Positions 25,917 to 37,136 of a stretch of 64,000 nucleotides of DNA are shown piece by piece. Made by a program: the position numbers and the translations under genes. The DNA comes from Candidatus Deferrimicrobium sp. (lineage in GTDB: Bacteria > Desulfobacterota > Deferrimicrobia > Deferrimicrobiales > Deferrimicrobiaceae). The notes beneath the pieces were generated by a model. That model did not search any database. It worked only from the letters and a program-made list of their open reading frames with translations, and had not been told where the DNA came from. Location of the stretch: the NCBI RefSeq assembly GCF_036396855.1, contig NZ_DASWKA010000067.1, positions 357 to 64,356 on the forward strand. Reading direction: 5' to 3'. How positions within the stretch are numbered: position 1 is the first letter of the stretch; every line of letters starts with the position of its first letter.

Positions 25917-28796
25917 TCAAGCCTCCGGGAGGCCCTCCAGGAGCGCCACCGGAAAGTCGTGGAACACCGCGTGGAGGTGCAGCAGCTTCGAACCGTTCTC
26001 CCCGGAAGCGTGAAGGGTCTCCCCCGTGAATACGTTTCGCCATCTGCCCGGGCCTTCCGCCGGCAGCCGGACGGCGGTACGCGCCCCCCAGACCCCGAGG
26101 CCGACGGGGAATTCCCCGGGTGCCGCCAGGCGGGTAACGAGGCGCGGTACCGCCGCGATCGCCCATGCATCGCCCCGTTTCCGCGCGAACGCCAGCGCGT
26201 GCTCCTTCATCCCGCCCGTTACGGGGAGGGGCACGTAGGCGCCGTCCAGGAACAGCTCCTTCCGCTCCCGCCGGAAGGAGAGCGCCTTGCATGTCACGAA
26301 AAGCTTGACCCTTCCGTTTTCCCAGGAGGAGAGGAGATTCCGGGCGAGGGGGCCGAGCCCCTGCTCCTCCATCGCCATCAGTTCGTGCAGGAGGCCGCTG
26401 CGGTGCGGGTAATCCACCGGCCGGCGGTTGTCCGGGTCCACCAGCGAAAAGTCCCAGAGTTCCGTCCCCTGGTAGATGTCGGGAACCCCCGGCGAGGCGA
26501 TCTTCAGCAGGAGCTGGGCCAGGCTGTTGTTCGCCCCGTAATGGGCGACCTTCCGCTGGAAGGGGAGGAAATCGGCCAGGAACGCGTTGGTGCCGGGCGA
26601 CGGATCCGCCAGCAGGGAGGCGACGAACTCCTTCACGGCGCCTTCATGGGGGAGGTTGTGTCGTATCCATCGGGTGTGGACCTTGGCCTCCCGCATCGCT
26701 TTCACCATGTAGTTCTCGATCCGGTCCTGGAGCTCGGGGAGTTCCTCCTCCCGGAGGGGCCACGCCCCCAGGAGCGTCTGGTAGAGGAGGATTTCCTCGC
26801 CCGGGTCCGGCGTCGCGATCCCGTTGACGACCCGTTTCTTTCCGGCGTTCTGCCGGCTCCACTGCTGGAGTCGCTTCTCCCACTCCTCCGGTATCTCCGA
26901 GAGGACGTTGATCCGCGCCCGCACGTCCTCGCTCCTCTTGGTGTCGTGGGTCGAGGTGGCGTTCATGGAATGCGGCCAGCGGCCGGCGATGGTTTCGCAG
27001 CGGCCGTGGAACGCGCCGACGGAAACTCCCGTGGAGCAGGGGTCGCCGCCCACCTCGTTCATGGAGACGAGCCGGTTGCAGACGTACAGGGCGGTGTCCT
27101 CGTATCCCTTCGCCATGATCGGGCCCGTGAACTGCTGCCAGCGCATCAGGAAGCGGAGCCACTCCTCCCGCTCGTTCCCGGCGAGGGAAGGGGGCGTCTC
27201 CAGCAACAGGACCCTGCGCAGGAAATCGAACACGGGAGTGCTGGCCTCGGTGCTGCGCTGTTGCGCCATTTTCAGTGCCTTCGTGATGTGCCGGATGTCC
27301 CGGGCCGACAGCTCGGGACTCCGGGCGTACGTCCGGTAGACGGGGAAGCATGCCGTCACCTCGATCAGGGCGGCGCGCAGCTCCTTCCGCGGAAGGTCCC
27401 GGCCGTACCGGTCCTGTTCCGCCAGCCGCCCGAGGTGCTGCCCCAGCGAGTGCATCTCGCCCGCGAAGAGGGAGTCCATCACCATCCTCTTGCTCCGGTA
27501 GACCGTCTCCCGGAAGTCCGGTGCGGCGCCGGTGAACCGCGCGTAGATCTCGTCCAGGGTTTTCATGCCCCGTGCGCTGAGGAAGACCCCGTTCAGCGCG
27601 TTCAGGAAATCGTATCCCGTCGTTCCGTGGATCGGCCACTCCGGGGGAAGCGCCTCCTCCGCCCCGAGGATCTTTTCCACAAGCACGTAGAAACCCGGCG
27701 ACGGGGTCGGAGCATCCGACTCCGTCAGGCGCTGCATGAGCCGGACGAGGTACCCGTGGGGGTCGTACAGCCCATCGACGTGGTCCACGCGCAGGCCGGT
27801 GATCTTCCCTTCCCTCGCCAGCCGCAGGATCAGGTCGTGGGAGGCGTCGAAGACCCGCGGATCCTCGACCCGCAAGGATACCAGGTCGCTGACGGCGAAG
27901 AAGCGCCGGTAGTTGATCTCCTCGTTCGCGAGCCGCCAGAAGGAGAGCCAGTAGTGCTGCTCGGTGAGGATCCGGTCGAGGGGATCGAAGCTGGCGGGAT
28001 CGCCTTTCCGACCGTTCACCATCCGCAAGGTTTCGTCGATGTGCTCCCGGATCTCGTGGCGCTCCGTGTACAGGCGCAGGAGACGCTCCTTGATCCCCTC
28101 TTCCGTGGCGTAGCGCTCGCGGGTCGACTCCGCATCCGCCGCCGCGGTCTTCGGGAGGTGTTCCATCGCCGTGATCAGGTCCCACAGCTCGCGGAACGAA
28201 GGGTGGTCCGGCCCGTACGTCTCCTCCAGCGACGAAAGCCGCAGGGAAAGGATCCGCGGGTAGGAAAGGATGGACACCGGAAGCTTCGCGGAATGGCAAT
28301 GGACGAGGAACCCGCCCTTTTCCAGCCGCAGGGAGAGCTCCTGTTCTTCGATCATCCGCCCGTACGACCCGCCCAGGATGGGGAGGAGGACCTTGCCGTC
28401 GAGCGCTTTCTTCGGGGAGTGCCAGTCGATGTCGAAGAATCCGGCGAACGGCGACCCCTGTCCGCTCTCCAGGACGTCCATCCACCACCGGTTCTCCACG
28501 CTTGCGGCCATGTGGTTGGGGACGATGTCCAGCAGGATCCCCATCCCCCGGTCCCCGAGCGCCTTCACGAGAGGATCGAATCCCCCTTCGCCTCCCAGCT
28601 CGATGTTCAGGCGGGTGGGGTCGGTCACGTCGTAGCCGTGGGAGGAGCCCCGGCTGGCCTGGAAGATCGGCGAGGCGTACAGGTCGGTGATGCCGAGGGC
28701 TTCCAGGTACGGGACCAGGGCGACGGCGTGCTCGAACCGGAACCGCCGGTGGAACTGGAACCGGTAGGTGGACGCCGGGATTCGCAACGCCGCCAC
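25917..28796 (-). CDS. treY: malto-oligosyltrehalose synthase
   Basis: GTG start with ggaggag RBS, 5 nt after the GH57 stop. N-terminus STYRFQFHRRFRFEHAVALVPYLEALGITDLYASPIFQASRGSSHGYDV and LLDIVPNHMA. The remainder of the 2070-aa track ORF upstream is alternate-frame overlap. Confidence 0.9.
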   Translation of the reverse strand: MAALRIPASTYRFQFHRRFRFEHAVALVPYLEALGITDLYASPIFQASRGSSHGYDVTDPTRLNIELGGEGGFDPLVKALGDRGMGILLDIVPNHMAASVENRWWMDVLESGQGSPFAGFFDIDWHSPKKALDGKVLLPILGGSYGRMIEEQELSLRLEKGGFLVHCHSAKLPVSILSYPRILSLRLSSLEETYGPDHPSFRELWDLITAMEHLPKTAAADAESTRERYATEEGIKERLLRLYTERHEIREHIDETLRMVNGRKGDPASFDPLDRILTEQHYWLSFWRLANEEINYRRFFAVSDLVSLRVEDPRVFDASHDLILRLAREGKITGLRVDHVDGLYDPHGYLVRLMQRLTESDAPTPSPGFYVLVEKILGAEEALPPEWPIHGTTGYDFLNALNGVFLSARGMKTLDEIYARFTGAAPDFRETVYRSKRMVMDSLFAGEMHSLGQHLGRLAEQDRYGRDLPRKELRAALIEVTACFPVYRTYARSPELSARDIRHITKALKMAQQRSTEASTPVFDFLRRVLLLETPPSLAGNEREEWLRFLMRWQQFTGPIMAKGYEDTALYVCNRLVSMNEVGGDPCSTGVSVGAFHGRCETIAGRWPHSMNATSTHDTKRSEDVRARINVLSEIPEEWEKRLQQWSRQNAGKKRVVNGIATPDPGEEILLYQTLLGAWPLREEELPELQDRIENYMVKAMREAKVHTRWIRHNLPHEGAVKEFVASLLADPSPGTNAFLADFLPFQRKVAHYGANNSLAQLLLKIASPGVPDIYQGTELWDFSLVDPDNRRPVDYPHRSGLLHELMAMEEQGLGPLARNLLSSWENGRVKLFVTCKALSFRRERKELFLDGAYVPLPVTGGMKEHALAFARKRGDAWAIAAVPRLVTRLAAPGEFPVGLGVWGARTAVRLPAEGPGRWRNVFTGETLHASGENGSKLLHLHAVFHDFPVALLEGLPEA

Positions 28797-28801
28797 GGGT
28801 T

Positions 28802-31237
28802 TTACTCCTCCGGCACGAGGATCGAGAGCTTCCCGCCGATGGCGCGGAACAGCCCGATCCACAGGGCCGCCTGCTCGTCCCCTTCGCGGGACTTCGCCAG
28901 GAAACCGGGATAGGCGGTCTGCAGCAGCTCGTAGAAGATGTTCTGGGCTCCCCAGAAGAGAACCCCGAAGGGGAGGTCGTGGCCCACCTCCACCGCCCCC
29001 GCGAAGCGGCGGAGAAGGTCGAGGTCGTCGGGTTTCTCCCGGAAGTCGTCCGCGATCGCTTCGATCCTCTTCTGGACCGCGAAACCGAGGCCGGCCGATT
29101 CCAGCGGAATGCCGATGGCCTTCCCCTCTTCCAGCAGCCCGCGGATGACGGCCGCCTCCAGGGTCTCCGCCGACACGGCCCGGCGCAGACCCGCGTTCAG
29201 GGCAACCTTCGCGGAGGCGTGCAGCGGATCGGGGAGCGGGATCCCCATGCCCGACAGGAACCGCATCATGCTGGCGTGCTGGTTGTAGATCCCGGTGTGG
29301 TTCGCCTCCGTCTCGGAGAGGGTCTGGTCGAGGACGATGCCCAGGATTTCCCGCAATTCGTCGCGGAACAGCAGCTTCAGGGAGTAGGTCCCGAGGCCGA
29401 AATGCTTGTCCACGGTCCGGATCGTCTCGGGAAGGTCGGCGCTCCGGAAGACGTCCCCGATCTCCTGGACGAGGCTTGCGTACGCCTCCTCTCCGCGGAA
29501 GTCGCGGATCCCTCCGCTCACGTTGTGATCCCCCAGGTGCAGGACGCCGAAAGAGAGGAGCGCCGATTTCCGCGTGATCCCGGAGGTGACCCGCGCCTTT
29601 CCGAGAATGAGCTTCGTCCTGCCCGCCGTCTGGACGTGGAAGTCCTCGCGCTGAACGTCGTAGCAGAAGACCCTGGAGCGTTCGCCGTAATTCTCGAAGA
29701 GGGAGCTCACCGCGAAGTGGGCCCCGACCTTGTGCAGGTCCACCGTGGACGGCTTCACGAACATGTCGTACAGGGTGCGTCCGTCCTTGTGTTCCGCCAC
29801 GTTGCTTTTTGCCCGCTCGAGCCGCTCCCGGAACCCGGCTTCGACGGAGTCCCCGAAGATCCCCTGGGAAAGCTGCGCGACGCGGCCGGCGTACCGGAGG
29901 ACCTGGACCGTTTCGATCCCGGAGAGCTCGTCGAAGAACCATCCGCAGCTCGTGTACATGAGCATGGCCTGCCGCTGGATCTCCATCAGCTGCAGGGCCA
30001 GGATCTTCCGCTCCGGCGTCAGCTCCCCGGCGGCGTGCTTTCCGAGAAATCCGTCGACGGAGGCGTCGGACCGGTCGAGGATCACCGAGATGTACTCCTC
30101 GCGGGCGGCCCAGGGGTCCCGGAAGACCTTCCTCCCTTCCGCTTCGAACAGGGGGGCGATGGTGTCCCGTAGCCAGTCCAGCGCCTCCCGCAGCGGCCCC
30201 CTCCACTCCTGGTTCCATTCCGGGCGTCCGCCGGAGTTGCACCCGCAGTTGCTCCGCCATCGCTCCACGCCGTGGACGCAGCTCCAGGAGCTGTTGTCGA
30301 AGATCCGCACTTCGTGGGTGGGCGGGAATCTCTCCAGGTGCTCCCCGTAGTTCGTGACGCGGACCTCCGGGTTCGCGTCGAGAAGTTGCAGCGCCTTCGA
30401 AAGGGCCATCTCCCCGTGGGCGTGGTGGTGGCCGTACGTCTCCCCGTCGGTGGCGATGTGCACGAGCTGCTGGGGCCACGGCCGCTGGTCCGAGAACGCG
30501 CCCATCAGGCGGTCGGCGAGGAACTCCCCGTTGTCGAGGAGTCTTTCGAAGGCCACCCCCTGCGAGATGGGCCCGTCGTAGAAGAAAAGGGCGATCTTCC
30601 GCTTCGAGGGGAGACGGAGTAGATACGGGATCGTGGGATCGATCCCGCCGTTGCCGACGTCGCGCCAGTCGCGGCTCCCCATCTTGCGCACCTTGGACGC
30701 CTGGCGGGGGGCGAGGATCGTGAACCGGATCCCCTCGGCGGCAAGCACCTCCAGGGTGGCGACGTCCGCCGCGGTCTCCGGGAGCCACAGCCCCTCCGGC
30801 GGCCGGCCGAACCGGTGGGTGAAATCCCGGATCCCCCAGCGGACCTGCGTCGCCTTGTCCCGCGCGTTCGCCAGGGGAAGGATGATGTGGTTGTACCCCT
30901 GCGCCAGGGCGGAGCCGTGTCCCGAGAACGCCCGGCGGCTTTCCCGGTCGCCTTCGAGGATGGCGCGGTACACCGCGGGGGACTTCTCCTCCATCCAGGA
31001 CAGCAGCGTCGGGCCGATGTTGAAGCTGATGCGGGAGTAGTTGTTGACGATCCTTTCGATCCGCCCGTCCCCGGCGAGGGTCCGGGAAAACGCGTTGGGT
31101 CCGTAACATTCGGCCGAAATCCGCTCGTTCCAGTCGTGGAAGGGGTACGCGGAGTCCTGCAGTTCGATCGCCTCCAGCCAGGGGTTTTCCCGGGGAGGCT
31201 GGTAGAAGTGGCAGTGGATGCAGACGTATCGGTCCAT
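28802..31237 (-). CDS. glycoside hydrolase family 57 protein with long C-terminal domain (DUF3536-like)
   Basis: 811 aa. GH57 N-terminal blocks CIHCHFYQPPRENPW, GYNHIILPLA and LWLPETA. The ATG directly abuts the treZ stop. Confidence 0.8.
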   Translation of the reverse strand: MDRYVCIHCHFYQPPRENPWLEAIELQDSAYPFHDWNERISAECYGPNAFSRTLAGDGRIERIVNNYSRISFNIGPTLLSWMEEKSPAVYRAILEGDRESRRAFSGHGSALAQGYNHIILPLANARDKATQVRWGIRDFTHRFGRPPEGLWLPETAADVATLEVLAAEGIRFTILAPRQASKVRKMGSRDWRDVGNGGIDPTIPYLLRLPSKRKIALFFYDGPISQGVAFERLLDNGEFLADRLMGAFSDQRPWPQQLVHIATDGETYGHHHAHGEMALSKALQLLDANPEVRVTNYGEHLERFPPTHEVRIFDNSSWSCVHGVERWRSNCGCNSGGRPEWNQEWRGPLREALDWLRDTIAPLFEAEGRKVFRDPWAAREEYISVILDRSDASVDGFLGKHAAGELTPERKILALQLMEIQRQAMLMYTSCGWFFDELSGIETVQVLRYAGRVAQLSQGIFGDSVEAGFRERLERAKSNVAEHKDGRTLYDMFVKPSTVDLHKVGAHFAVSSLFENYGERSRVFCYDVQREDFHVQTAGRTKLILGKARVTSGITRKSALLSFGVLHLGDHNVSGGIRDFRGEEAYASLVQEIGDVFRSADLPETIRTVDKHFGLGTYSLKLLFRDELREILGIVLDQTLSETEANHTGIYNQHASMMRFLSGMGIPLPDPLHASAKVALNAGLRRAVSAETLEAAVIRGLLEEGKAIGIPLESAGLGFAVQKRIEAIADDFREKPDDLDLLRRFAGAVEVGHDLPFGVLFWGAQNIFYELLQTAYPGFLAKSREGDEQAALWIGLFRAIGGKLSILVPEE

Positions 31238-33100
31238 CTAGCGGGCCTCCGTCTCTTTTTTCCTCAGGAGGAGGAAGGATTTCGGATGGAGGGAGAGCGC
31301 GGTGTCCGTCGCCTTGTCCGGCATTTCGGGAGCCGCCCCTCCGGGGCCTCCCCATCGGGCGTCGGAGGAATCCAGGACCTTTTCCCACGGACCGCCGGGC
31401 AGGGAGAGGGGGAGGGTGGCCTGCACGTCCCCGAAATGGAACACCGCCGCGGTTTGCGCGGACCCGTTGCGCCGCAGGACGACCAGGGCCTTTTCCCTTT
31501 CGAAGGGAGTTACCTTCATCCCTTCCCGATCCGTCCGGGAAAGGACCGGATCCGCCTTCCGGATCCGGATCAGTTCGCGGTGGAGCCCAAGGAGGAGGGC
31601 GTGATTTCCCGATTTCCGGAGCGCCGGATTCGGGCGGGAGCGAAGAAACGTTCCCTCGTCCTGTGGATCGGGGATCTCGTCCTCCCAACCGAAGGCGGCG
31701 AACTCCGCTTTCCGGCCTTTCCGGACCGCCTCGACGAGGGCTTCGTCGCCATGATGCACGAAGTAGAGGAACGGGGCAACCTCGCCGTACTCTTCCCCCA
31801 TGAACAGGAGCGGAAGGAAGGGGGAAAGCAGGACGACGCCCGCGGCGAGCTTCTGGGACTCGAAGCCGGCCAGGAGGGCGAGCCGCTCCCCTCGCCTCCG
31901 GTTCCCGACCTGGTCGTGATTCTGCGCGAACACGACGAATTTCCCGGCGGGGAGGTGCCGGGAGCGGTTCCCGTGGCGGCGCCTGCGGTATGCGGAGTAT
32001 TGCCCGGAGAAGACGTACCCGTCCGAGAAGGCCCGGGCCATGGGTTCGATCCCCCCGAAGTCGCCGTAATATCCCTCCCGTTCCCCCGTCAGGAGCGCGT
32101 GGAGCGCGTGGTGGAAGTCGTCGTTCCATTGCGCGTCGAGCCCGTACCCCCCTTCGTCCCGGGGCGTGACGATCCGCGCGTCGTTCAGGTCGCTCTCGGG
32201 GATCAGGTAGGTCCTCCGGTTCCCTTCCTTCCGGAGGTCCCTCACGGCCCCGGCGAGCTCGGAAAGGAAAGGGGAGGCGCTGAAATCCATGATGCCGTGG
32301 ATCGCGTCGAGGCGCAGCGCGTCCACGTGGAACTCCCGCAGCCAGTAGAGGGCGTTCTCATGGAAATATCGCCGGACGTCGTCGCTTCCGGGACCGTCGA
32401 AATTCACGGCGGATCCCCACGGCGTACGGTACCGGTCGCTGAAGTAGGGGCCGAAGTCGGACAGGTAGTTCCCCTCCGGCCCCAGGTGGTTGTAAACCAC
32501 GTCGAGGACGACGGCCAGGCCGCGAAGGTGGCAGGCGTCGACCAGGCGCTTCAATCCCTCCGGTCCCCCGTAGCTCTCCTGCACGGCGAACGGGTAGGCG
32601 CCGTCGTATCCCCAGTTCCTCTGCCCGGGGAACTGCGCTACGGGCATCAGCTCCACGGCGGTGATTCCCAGCGCGACGAGGGAGTCCAGGCGCGGGATGA
32701 CGGCGTCGAAGGTGCCTTCGGGAGTGTACGTCCCGACGTGCAGCTCGTACAGGATGTAGGAAGAGAGGGGGACCCCGCGCCATTCCCGGTCCCGCCACCG
32801 GAACGCCCCCGGGTCCGTGACCATGGAGGGGCCGTGGACTCCTTGCGGCTGGTGGCGAGAGGCCGGATCGGGCCGCTCCTTCGCTCCGTCCAGTCGATAC
32901 AGGTACAGGGCCCCCGCCTCCGCACCGTCCACGATCCCGTGATGGTACCCCGCGCCGTTCCCTTCCAGCGGCGCCACGCGGGACACCGGGGAGAGCAGGT
33001 GCACCTCCACGGTCCGCGCAAACGGCGCGTAGACGAGGAAGCGGCAGCGTCCGTCCGGAAGCGGCGTCGCGCCCAGGGGATGGGAGCGGGAGCCGGTCAT
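31238..33100 (-). CDS. treZ: malto-oligosyltrehalose trehalohydrolase
   Basis: The ATG overlaps the glgB stop (ATGA). GH13 blocks [48 protein letters not shown] and [10 protein letters not shown]. Confidence 0.9.
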   Translation of the reverse strand: MTGSRSHPLGATPLPDGRCRFLVYAPFARTVEVHLLSPVSRVAPLEGNGAGYHHGIVDGAEAGALYLYRLDGAKERPDPASRHQPQGVHGPSMVTDPGAFRWRDREWRGVPLSSYILYELHVGTYTPEGTFDAVIPRLDSLVALGITAVELMPVAQFPGQRNWGYDGAYPFAVQESYGGPEGLKRLVDACHLRGLAVVLDVVYNHLGPEGNYLSDFGPYFSDRYRTPWGSAVNFDGPGSDDVRRYFHENALYWLREFHVDALRLDAIHGIMDFSASPFLSELAGAVRDLRKEGNRRTYLIPESDLNDARIVTPRDEGGYGLDAQWNDDFHHALHALLTGEREGYYGDFGGIEPMARAFSDGYVFSGQYSAYRRRRHGNRSRHLPAGKFVVFAQNHDQVGNRRRGERLALLAGFESQKLAAGVVLLSPFLPLLFMGEEYGEVAPFLYFVHHGDEALVEAVRKGRKAEFAAFGWEDEIPDPQDEGTFLRSRPNPALRKSGNHALLLGLHRELIRIRKADPVLSRTDREGMKVTPFEREKALVVLRRNGSAQTAAVFHFGDVQATLPLSLPGGPWEKVLDSSDARWGGPGGAAPEMPDKATDTALSLHPKSFLLLRKKETEAR

Positions 33101-35010
33101 TCCGGGCGACCCCCGCTTTTCAGGAACAGGGCGGACAGCGGCGGGACCACGAGGTTCAGGGAGTGGAACCTTCCCTGGGCGCCGATGGGCGCCGCTTCCA
33201 CGCCGCCGATATTCCCCTGTCCGCTTCCGCCGTATTCCATCGCGTCGCTGTTCAGGCACTCGCGCCAGAACCCCCCGCGGTGGACGCCGATGCGGTAATT
33301 GTGTCTCGGGACGGGGGTGAAGTTGAAGACGGCAAGGAGGAGGTCGTCCCTGCCGCGGGCTTTCCGGAACAGGCTGATCACGCTCTGCTCCGCGTCCCGG
33401 GCGTCGGCCCACTCGAAGCCGGCCGGATCGAAATCGGACTCGTGCAGGGCGGGTTCGTCCCGGTAGAACCGGTTCAGATCCTCCACCCAGCGCGAGAGGG
33501 CGGCGTGGCGGGGTTCCTCCGCGAGGCCCCAGTCCAGGCCCGCGTCGTGGTTCCACTCCCTCCACTGCCCGAACTCCCCCCCCATGAAGAGGAGTTTCTT
33601 CCCCGGCAGCGCGTACATGTACCCGAACAGGGCGCGAAGGTTGGCGAACTTCTGCCAGTCGTCGCCGGGCATCTTCCCGAGGAGCGACCCTTTCCCGTGG
33701 ACGACCTCGTCGTGGGACAGGGGGAGCACGAAGTTCTCCGAGAACGCGTAGACTCCCCGGAAGGTGAGTTTGTCGTGGTGGTACTTCCGGTAGACGGGGT
33801 CCTGGGACATGTAGACCAGCGTGTCGTGCATCCACCCCATGTCCCACTTCATTCCGAAGCCCAGCCCCCCCACGTAGTTCGGGCGGGAGACCATGGGCCA
33901 TGCGGTGGACTCCTCGGCGATCGTCACGATATCGGGAAACGCCCCGTACACCGTCTCGTTGAAGCGGCGCAGGAAAGCGATCGCGTCGACGTTCTCGCGT
34001 CCGCCGAACGGGTTGGGGATCCATTCCCCCGCCTTCCGGGAGTAGTCCAGGTAGAGCATCGACGCGACGGCGTCCACCCGCAGGCCGTCCGCGTGGTAGA
34101 CGTCCAGCCAGAAGCAGGCGCTGCTGAGGAGAAAGCTCTGAATCTCCTTGCGCCCGTAGTTGAAGATCTCCGTGTCCCAGTCCGGGTGATGCCCCTGCCG
34201 GGGGTCGGCGTGCTCGTAAAGGTGGGTGCCGTCGAAGAAAGCGAGCCCGTTCCCGTCCTTGGTGAAGTGGGAGGGGACCCAGTCCAGCAGGACGCCGATC
34301 CCGTGCCGGTGCAGCGTGTCCACGAGGTGCATGAAGTCCTGCGGGGTCCCGTACCGGCTCGTCGGGGCGAAGTACCCCGCCCCCTGGTATCCCCAGGAGC
34401 CGTAGAAGGGGTGCTCCATCAGGGGGAGGAACTCCACGTGGGTGAAATTCATCCGGGTCAGGTAGGCGGCGAGACGGGATGCGAGCTCCCGGTACGTAAA
34501 CGGGCGGTTCCCCGCATCCGGAACCCGCATCCAGGATCCGAGATGCATCTCGTAGATCGAGATGGGGCGGTCCGCGGAGTTCCTCCGGCGACGGTCGGCC
34601 ATCCATGCGGCATCGCCCCATTCGTTCCAGAGGTTCCACACGATGCTTCCGGGCTCGGGAGGAGACTGGGAGAAGAAGGCGAACGGGTCGGATTTATCGT
34701 ACCGGTATCCCCCGTATCTCGAGATCACGTGGTACTTGTAGGCCGACCCTGCGGCCACGCCCGGGAGGTACCCTTCCCAGATTCCCGAATTCCCTCGCGG
34801 ACGCAGCGGATCCACGCCGTTGTCCCACCCGTTGAAATCCCCCATGACGGAGACCCCCTCCGCGTTGGGCGCCCACACGGCGAAACAGGTTCCCGAATCG
34901 GAGCCCGAGTCGAGGAAATGGGCCCCGAACTTCTCGTAGAGGCGGGTGTGGTTCCCCTCGTTGAACAGGTGCAGGTCCTGGTCGTTCAGCAACGTCACGT
35001 CGTATCGCAA
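33097..35010 (-). CDS. glgB: 1,4-alpha-glucan branching enzyme
   Basis: TTG start with gggaggtga RBS. Blocks [38 protein letters not shown] and [13 protein letters not shown]. Confidence 0.95.
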   Translation of the reverse strand: MRYDVTLLNDQDLHLFNEGNHTRLYEKFGAHFLDSGSDSGTCFAVWAPNAEGVSVMGDFNGWDNGVDPLRPRGNSGIWEGYLPGVAAGSAYKYHVISRYGGYRYDKSDPFAFFSQSPPEPGSIVWNLWNEWGDAAWMADRRRRNSADRPISIYEMHLGSWMRVPDAGNRPFTYRELASRLAAYLTRMNFTHVEFLPLMEHPFYGSWGYQGAGYFAPTSRYGTPQDFMHLVDTLHRHGIGVLLDWVPSHFTKDGNGLAFFDGTHLYEHADPRQGHHPDWDTEIFNYGRKEIQSFLLSSACFWLDVYHADGLRVDAVASMLYLDYSRKAGEWIPNPFGGRENVDAIAFLRRFNETVYGAFPDIVTIAEESTAWPMVSRPNYVGGLGFGMKWDMGWMHDTLVYMSQDPVYRKYHHDKLTFRGVYAFSENFVLPLSHDEVVHGKGSLLGKMPGDDWQKFANLRALFGYMYALPGKKLLFMGGEFGQWREWNHDAGLDWGLAEEPRHAALSRWVEDLNRFYRDEPALHESDFDPAGFEWADARDAEQSVISLFRKARGRDDLLLAVFNFTPVPRHNYRIGVHRGGFWRECLNSDAMEYGGSGQGNIGGVEAAPIGAQGRFHSLNLVVPPLSALFLKSGGRPE

Positions 35011-37136
35011 GGAAAGTCACCTCCCTTTCGTATACGGTCGATCTTCCGCAACGTGCGGATCACCCCCGGATGAGCGAGGAGCTCCTCGAGAGAGTGCCTG
35101 CTCTTGCGCACCCAGTTCGGGCGCTCCCAGGAGGTCCCGGGGGTGTTCTGGGGGGCCCGCTCCAGCCACAGGTCCTCCAGGCTGACGATCACCATTTCCG
35201 CCGCGCTCCCCGCGAGGTGGGCCAGGCAGGCCCGCAACAGCGTTTCGCCGTCGGGGCGGGGGCCCGTACGCGGCAACCGTCCCCTTTTCCGTAAAAATTC
35301 CGTCAGCGCCCGAATGCGTTCCCGTCGCACCGTCTTTTCCCCGCGCGCTCCCTCCCGATCCAGGAGTCCCAGGGACACGCGGTCTTCGACGTCGAGGGAC
35401 TCGAGGAAGGCGGCGAAGGGGGGCATGTCGTGGGTGTTCAGGCACGCAAGGGAGGTTTTCGAAATCTTTCCCAGGGCCTTGTCTGCGTCCTGCGTCAGCC
35501 CGTACTGCACGACGAAGATCCGGCGCAGCCCGTGACGCCCCATCGCCGGGCGCACGTACGGGGGGACCGTCCCGAGGTCCTCCCCCACGATTCGCGCCCG
35601 GTGCCGGTGCGATTCCAGGCACAGGATGGCGTACAGTTCCTCCGCGGGGTATCGCACGTAGGTTCCCTCGACGGGGGCCGCGCCGTACGGAATCCAGAAG
35701 AAGCGGTGCAGCCCCATGACGTGGTCGATCCGGAGGATCCCCGCGTAGCGCAGCTGGTTCGCGATGCACGCGCGGAAATAGGCGTGCCCGTCCTCCCGGA
35801 TCCGATCGGGGTGCAGCGGAGGGAACCCCCAGTCCTGTCCCCGGGTGAAGAAATCGTCGGGGGGCGCCCCTGCGGACGCCGGAAGCGCGAAGAGGTCCCG
35901 GTGCCGCCAAACGTCGTAGCCGTCGTAGCTCGCACCGAGAGGCAGGTCGAGGTACAGCAGTTTCCGGGATCCGGACGAGAGATCCCGGAGCTGCAGGTGC
36001 AGCGCCCACTGTGCGAACAGGTGGTACCGTTCGGCCGCCCCGTCGAAATCTCCCTCGCCCAGATGCCCGTCCCGCAGGGGCGCCGGCCAGGTCGGCCAGG
36101 GGGACCGGATCGTGTCCCATGCCGCCCGGAAGCGGGCGTAATCCCCGACCGCACGGTTCTCCGCGACGAACCGACGGAAATCCTCCCGTCCCCCGGGGTC
36201 CTTCCGGAAGAACGCACCGGCGAGTTCCTCGAGCACGCGGCGCTTCAGCGCCATGCCGCGGCGGTAATCCACGCGGGGCGCTTCCCGCATCCGGCCCGCC
36301 TCCGCCCGGCCTTCCGCCGAGGCGAGAAGATCCCGCGCCGCCCGGCACTCCCCGAACCCCGGCGCCCGGGTCACGTCGAGGAAGAACTCGTTCCAGGCGA
36401 GGCGGCTGCAGGGGGAATAGGGGCTGGGGTTGAACGGCTCGGGGGAGCAGGCGGAAAGCAGGGGCAGCGTCCCCACCGCGTCCCCCCCCATCCCTTCCAC
36501 CCGGTCCATGAGGGCGCGCAGGTCCGTGAGGTCGCCGGTGGCGAGGCTTCTGCGGGAATGGAGCGCGTACAGCGGCAGGAACACCCCCCACTCCCGGCCG
36601 TTTCCCTCCGGAGGGGACCATGCGCGCGACGGGGCGGAAACGACGGTCGTCCCGCAGATCACGCCGCCCAGGTCCGCCCGCAGTGCGTGGTATCCCGAAG
36701 GAAGTTTCCATGGGAGCGGGGCGCTTTTCACAACGTGCTTCTCCGCGGTCCCGGTCCCGATGGCCGTGACGGGAAGGCGGGACAGGTCGCAGTCGGATTC
36801 CCGCACCTCTCCGGTTTCCAGGACGACGCGGAGCCGCGCGCGGGCGTTTTCGGCGTCGCGGGGTACCCGAAGCTCGACCGAGGCCGGCCCGTCGTCCCAG
36901 GAGACGCAGACCGGGGGACAGACGCGGTCCCACGCGGACGATTCGGCCCGGCGCAGCGCCTCCGGCACGTCCCGGATCGTTTCCAGCGGCTCCCCCAGGG
37001 AGCGAAGCACGGCGAGGAGCGTCTCCGGGGGGGGCGTCCTCCGTTGGCGCCGGATATCGAAATAGGCGGTCTGCACCCCGCGGAGGCGCGCCAGCCGCCG
37101 CAGTCCGCGGATCTTCCTGTCGACCCCCGGGGTCAC
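34995..37136 (-). CDS. malQ: 4-alpha-glucanotransferase (GH77, amylomaltase) with N-terminal extension
   Basis: The GTG overlaps the treS stop (GTGA). GH77 blocks [54 protein letters not shown] and LNTHDMPPF. The 3' end overlaps the glgB start by 16 nt. Confidence 0.9.
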   Translation of the reverse strand: MTPGVDRKIRGLRRLARLRGVQTAYFDIRRQRRTPPPETLLAVLRSLGEPLETIRDVPEALRRAESSAWDRVCPPVCVSWDDGPASVELRVPRDAENARARLRVVLETGEVRESDCDLSRLPVTAIGTGTAEKHVVKSAPLPWKLPSGYHALRADLGGVICGTTVVSAPSRAWSPPEGNGREWGVFLPLYALHSRRSLATGDLTDLRALMDRVEGMGGDAVGTLPLLSACSPEPFNPSPYSPCSRLAWNEFFLDVTRAPGFGECRAARDLLASAEGRAEAGRMREAPRVDYRRGMALKRRVLEELAGAFFRKDPGGREDFRRFVAENRAVGDYARFRAAWDTIRSPWPTWPAPLRDGHLGEGDFDGAAERYHLFAQWALHLQLRDLSSGSRKLLYLDLPLGASYDGYDVWRHRDLFALPASAGAPPDDFFTRGQDWGFPPLHPDRIREDGHAYFRACIANQLRYAGILRIDHVMGLHRFFWIPYGAAPVEGTYVRYPAEELYAILCLESHRHRARIVGEDLGTVPPYVRPAMGRHGLRRIFVVQYGLTQDADKALGKISKTSLACLNTHDMPPFAAFLESLDVEDRVSLGLLDREGARGEKTVRRERIRALTEFLRKRGRLPRTGPRPDGETLLRACLAHLAGSAAEMVIVSLEDLWLERAPQNTPGTSWERPNWVRKSRHSLEELLAHPGVIRTLRKIDRIRKGGDFPCDTT

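Noticed and set aside
28797-32129. N-terminal 1100 aa or so of the 2070-aa minus-strand ORF 25917-32129. The N-terminal part of ORF 34995-39260 is the same kind of case.
   Set aside because: These upstream parts overlap the GH57/treZ genes (or treS) in another frame and have junk-like composition. Recognisable TreY and MalQ sequence begins at GTG 28796 and GTG 37136, each with an RBS or start/stop coupling.
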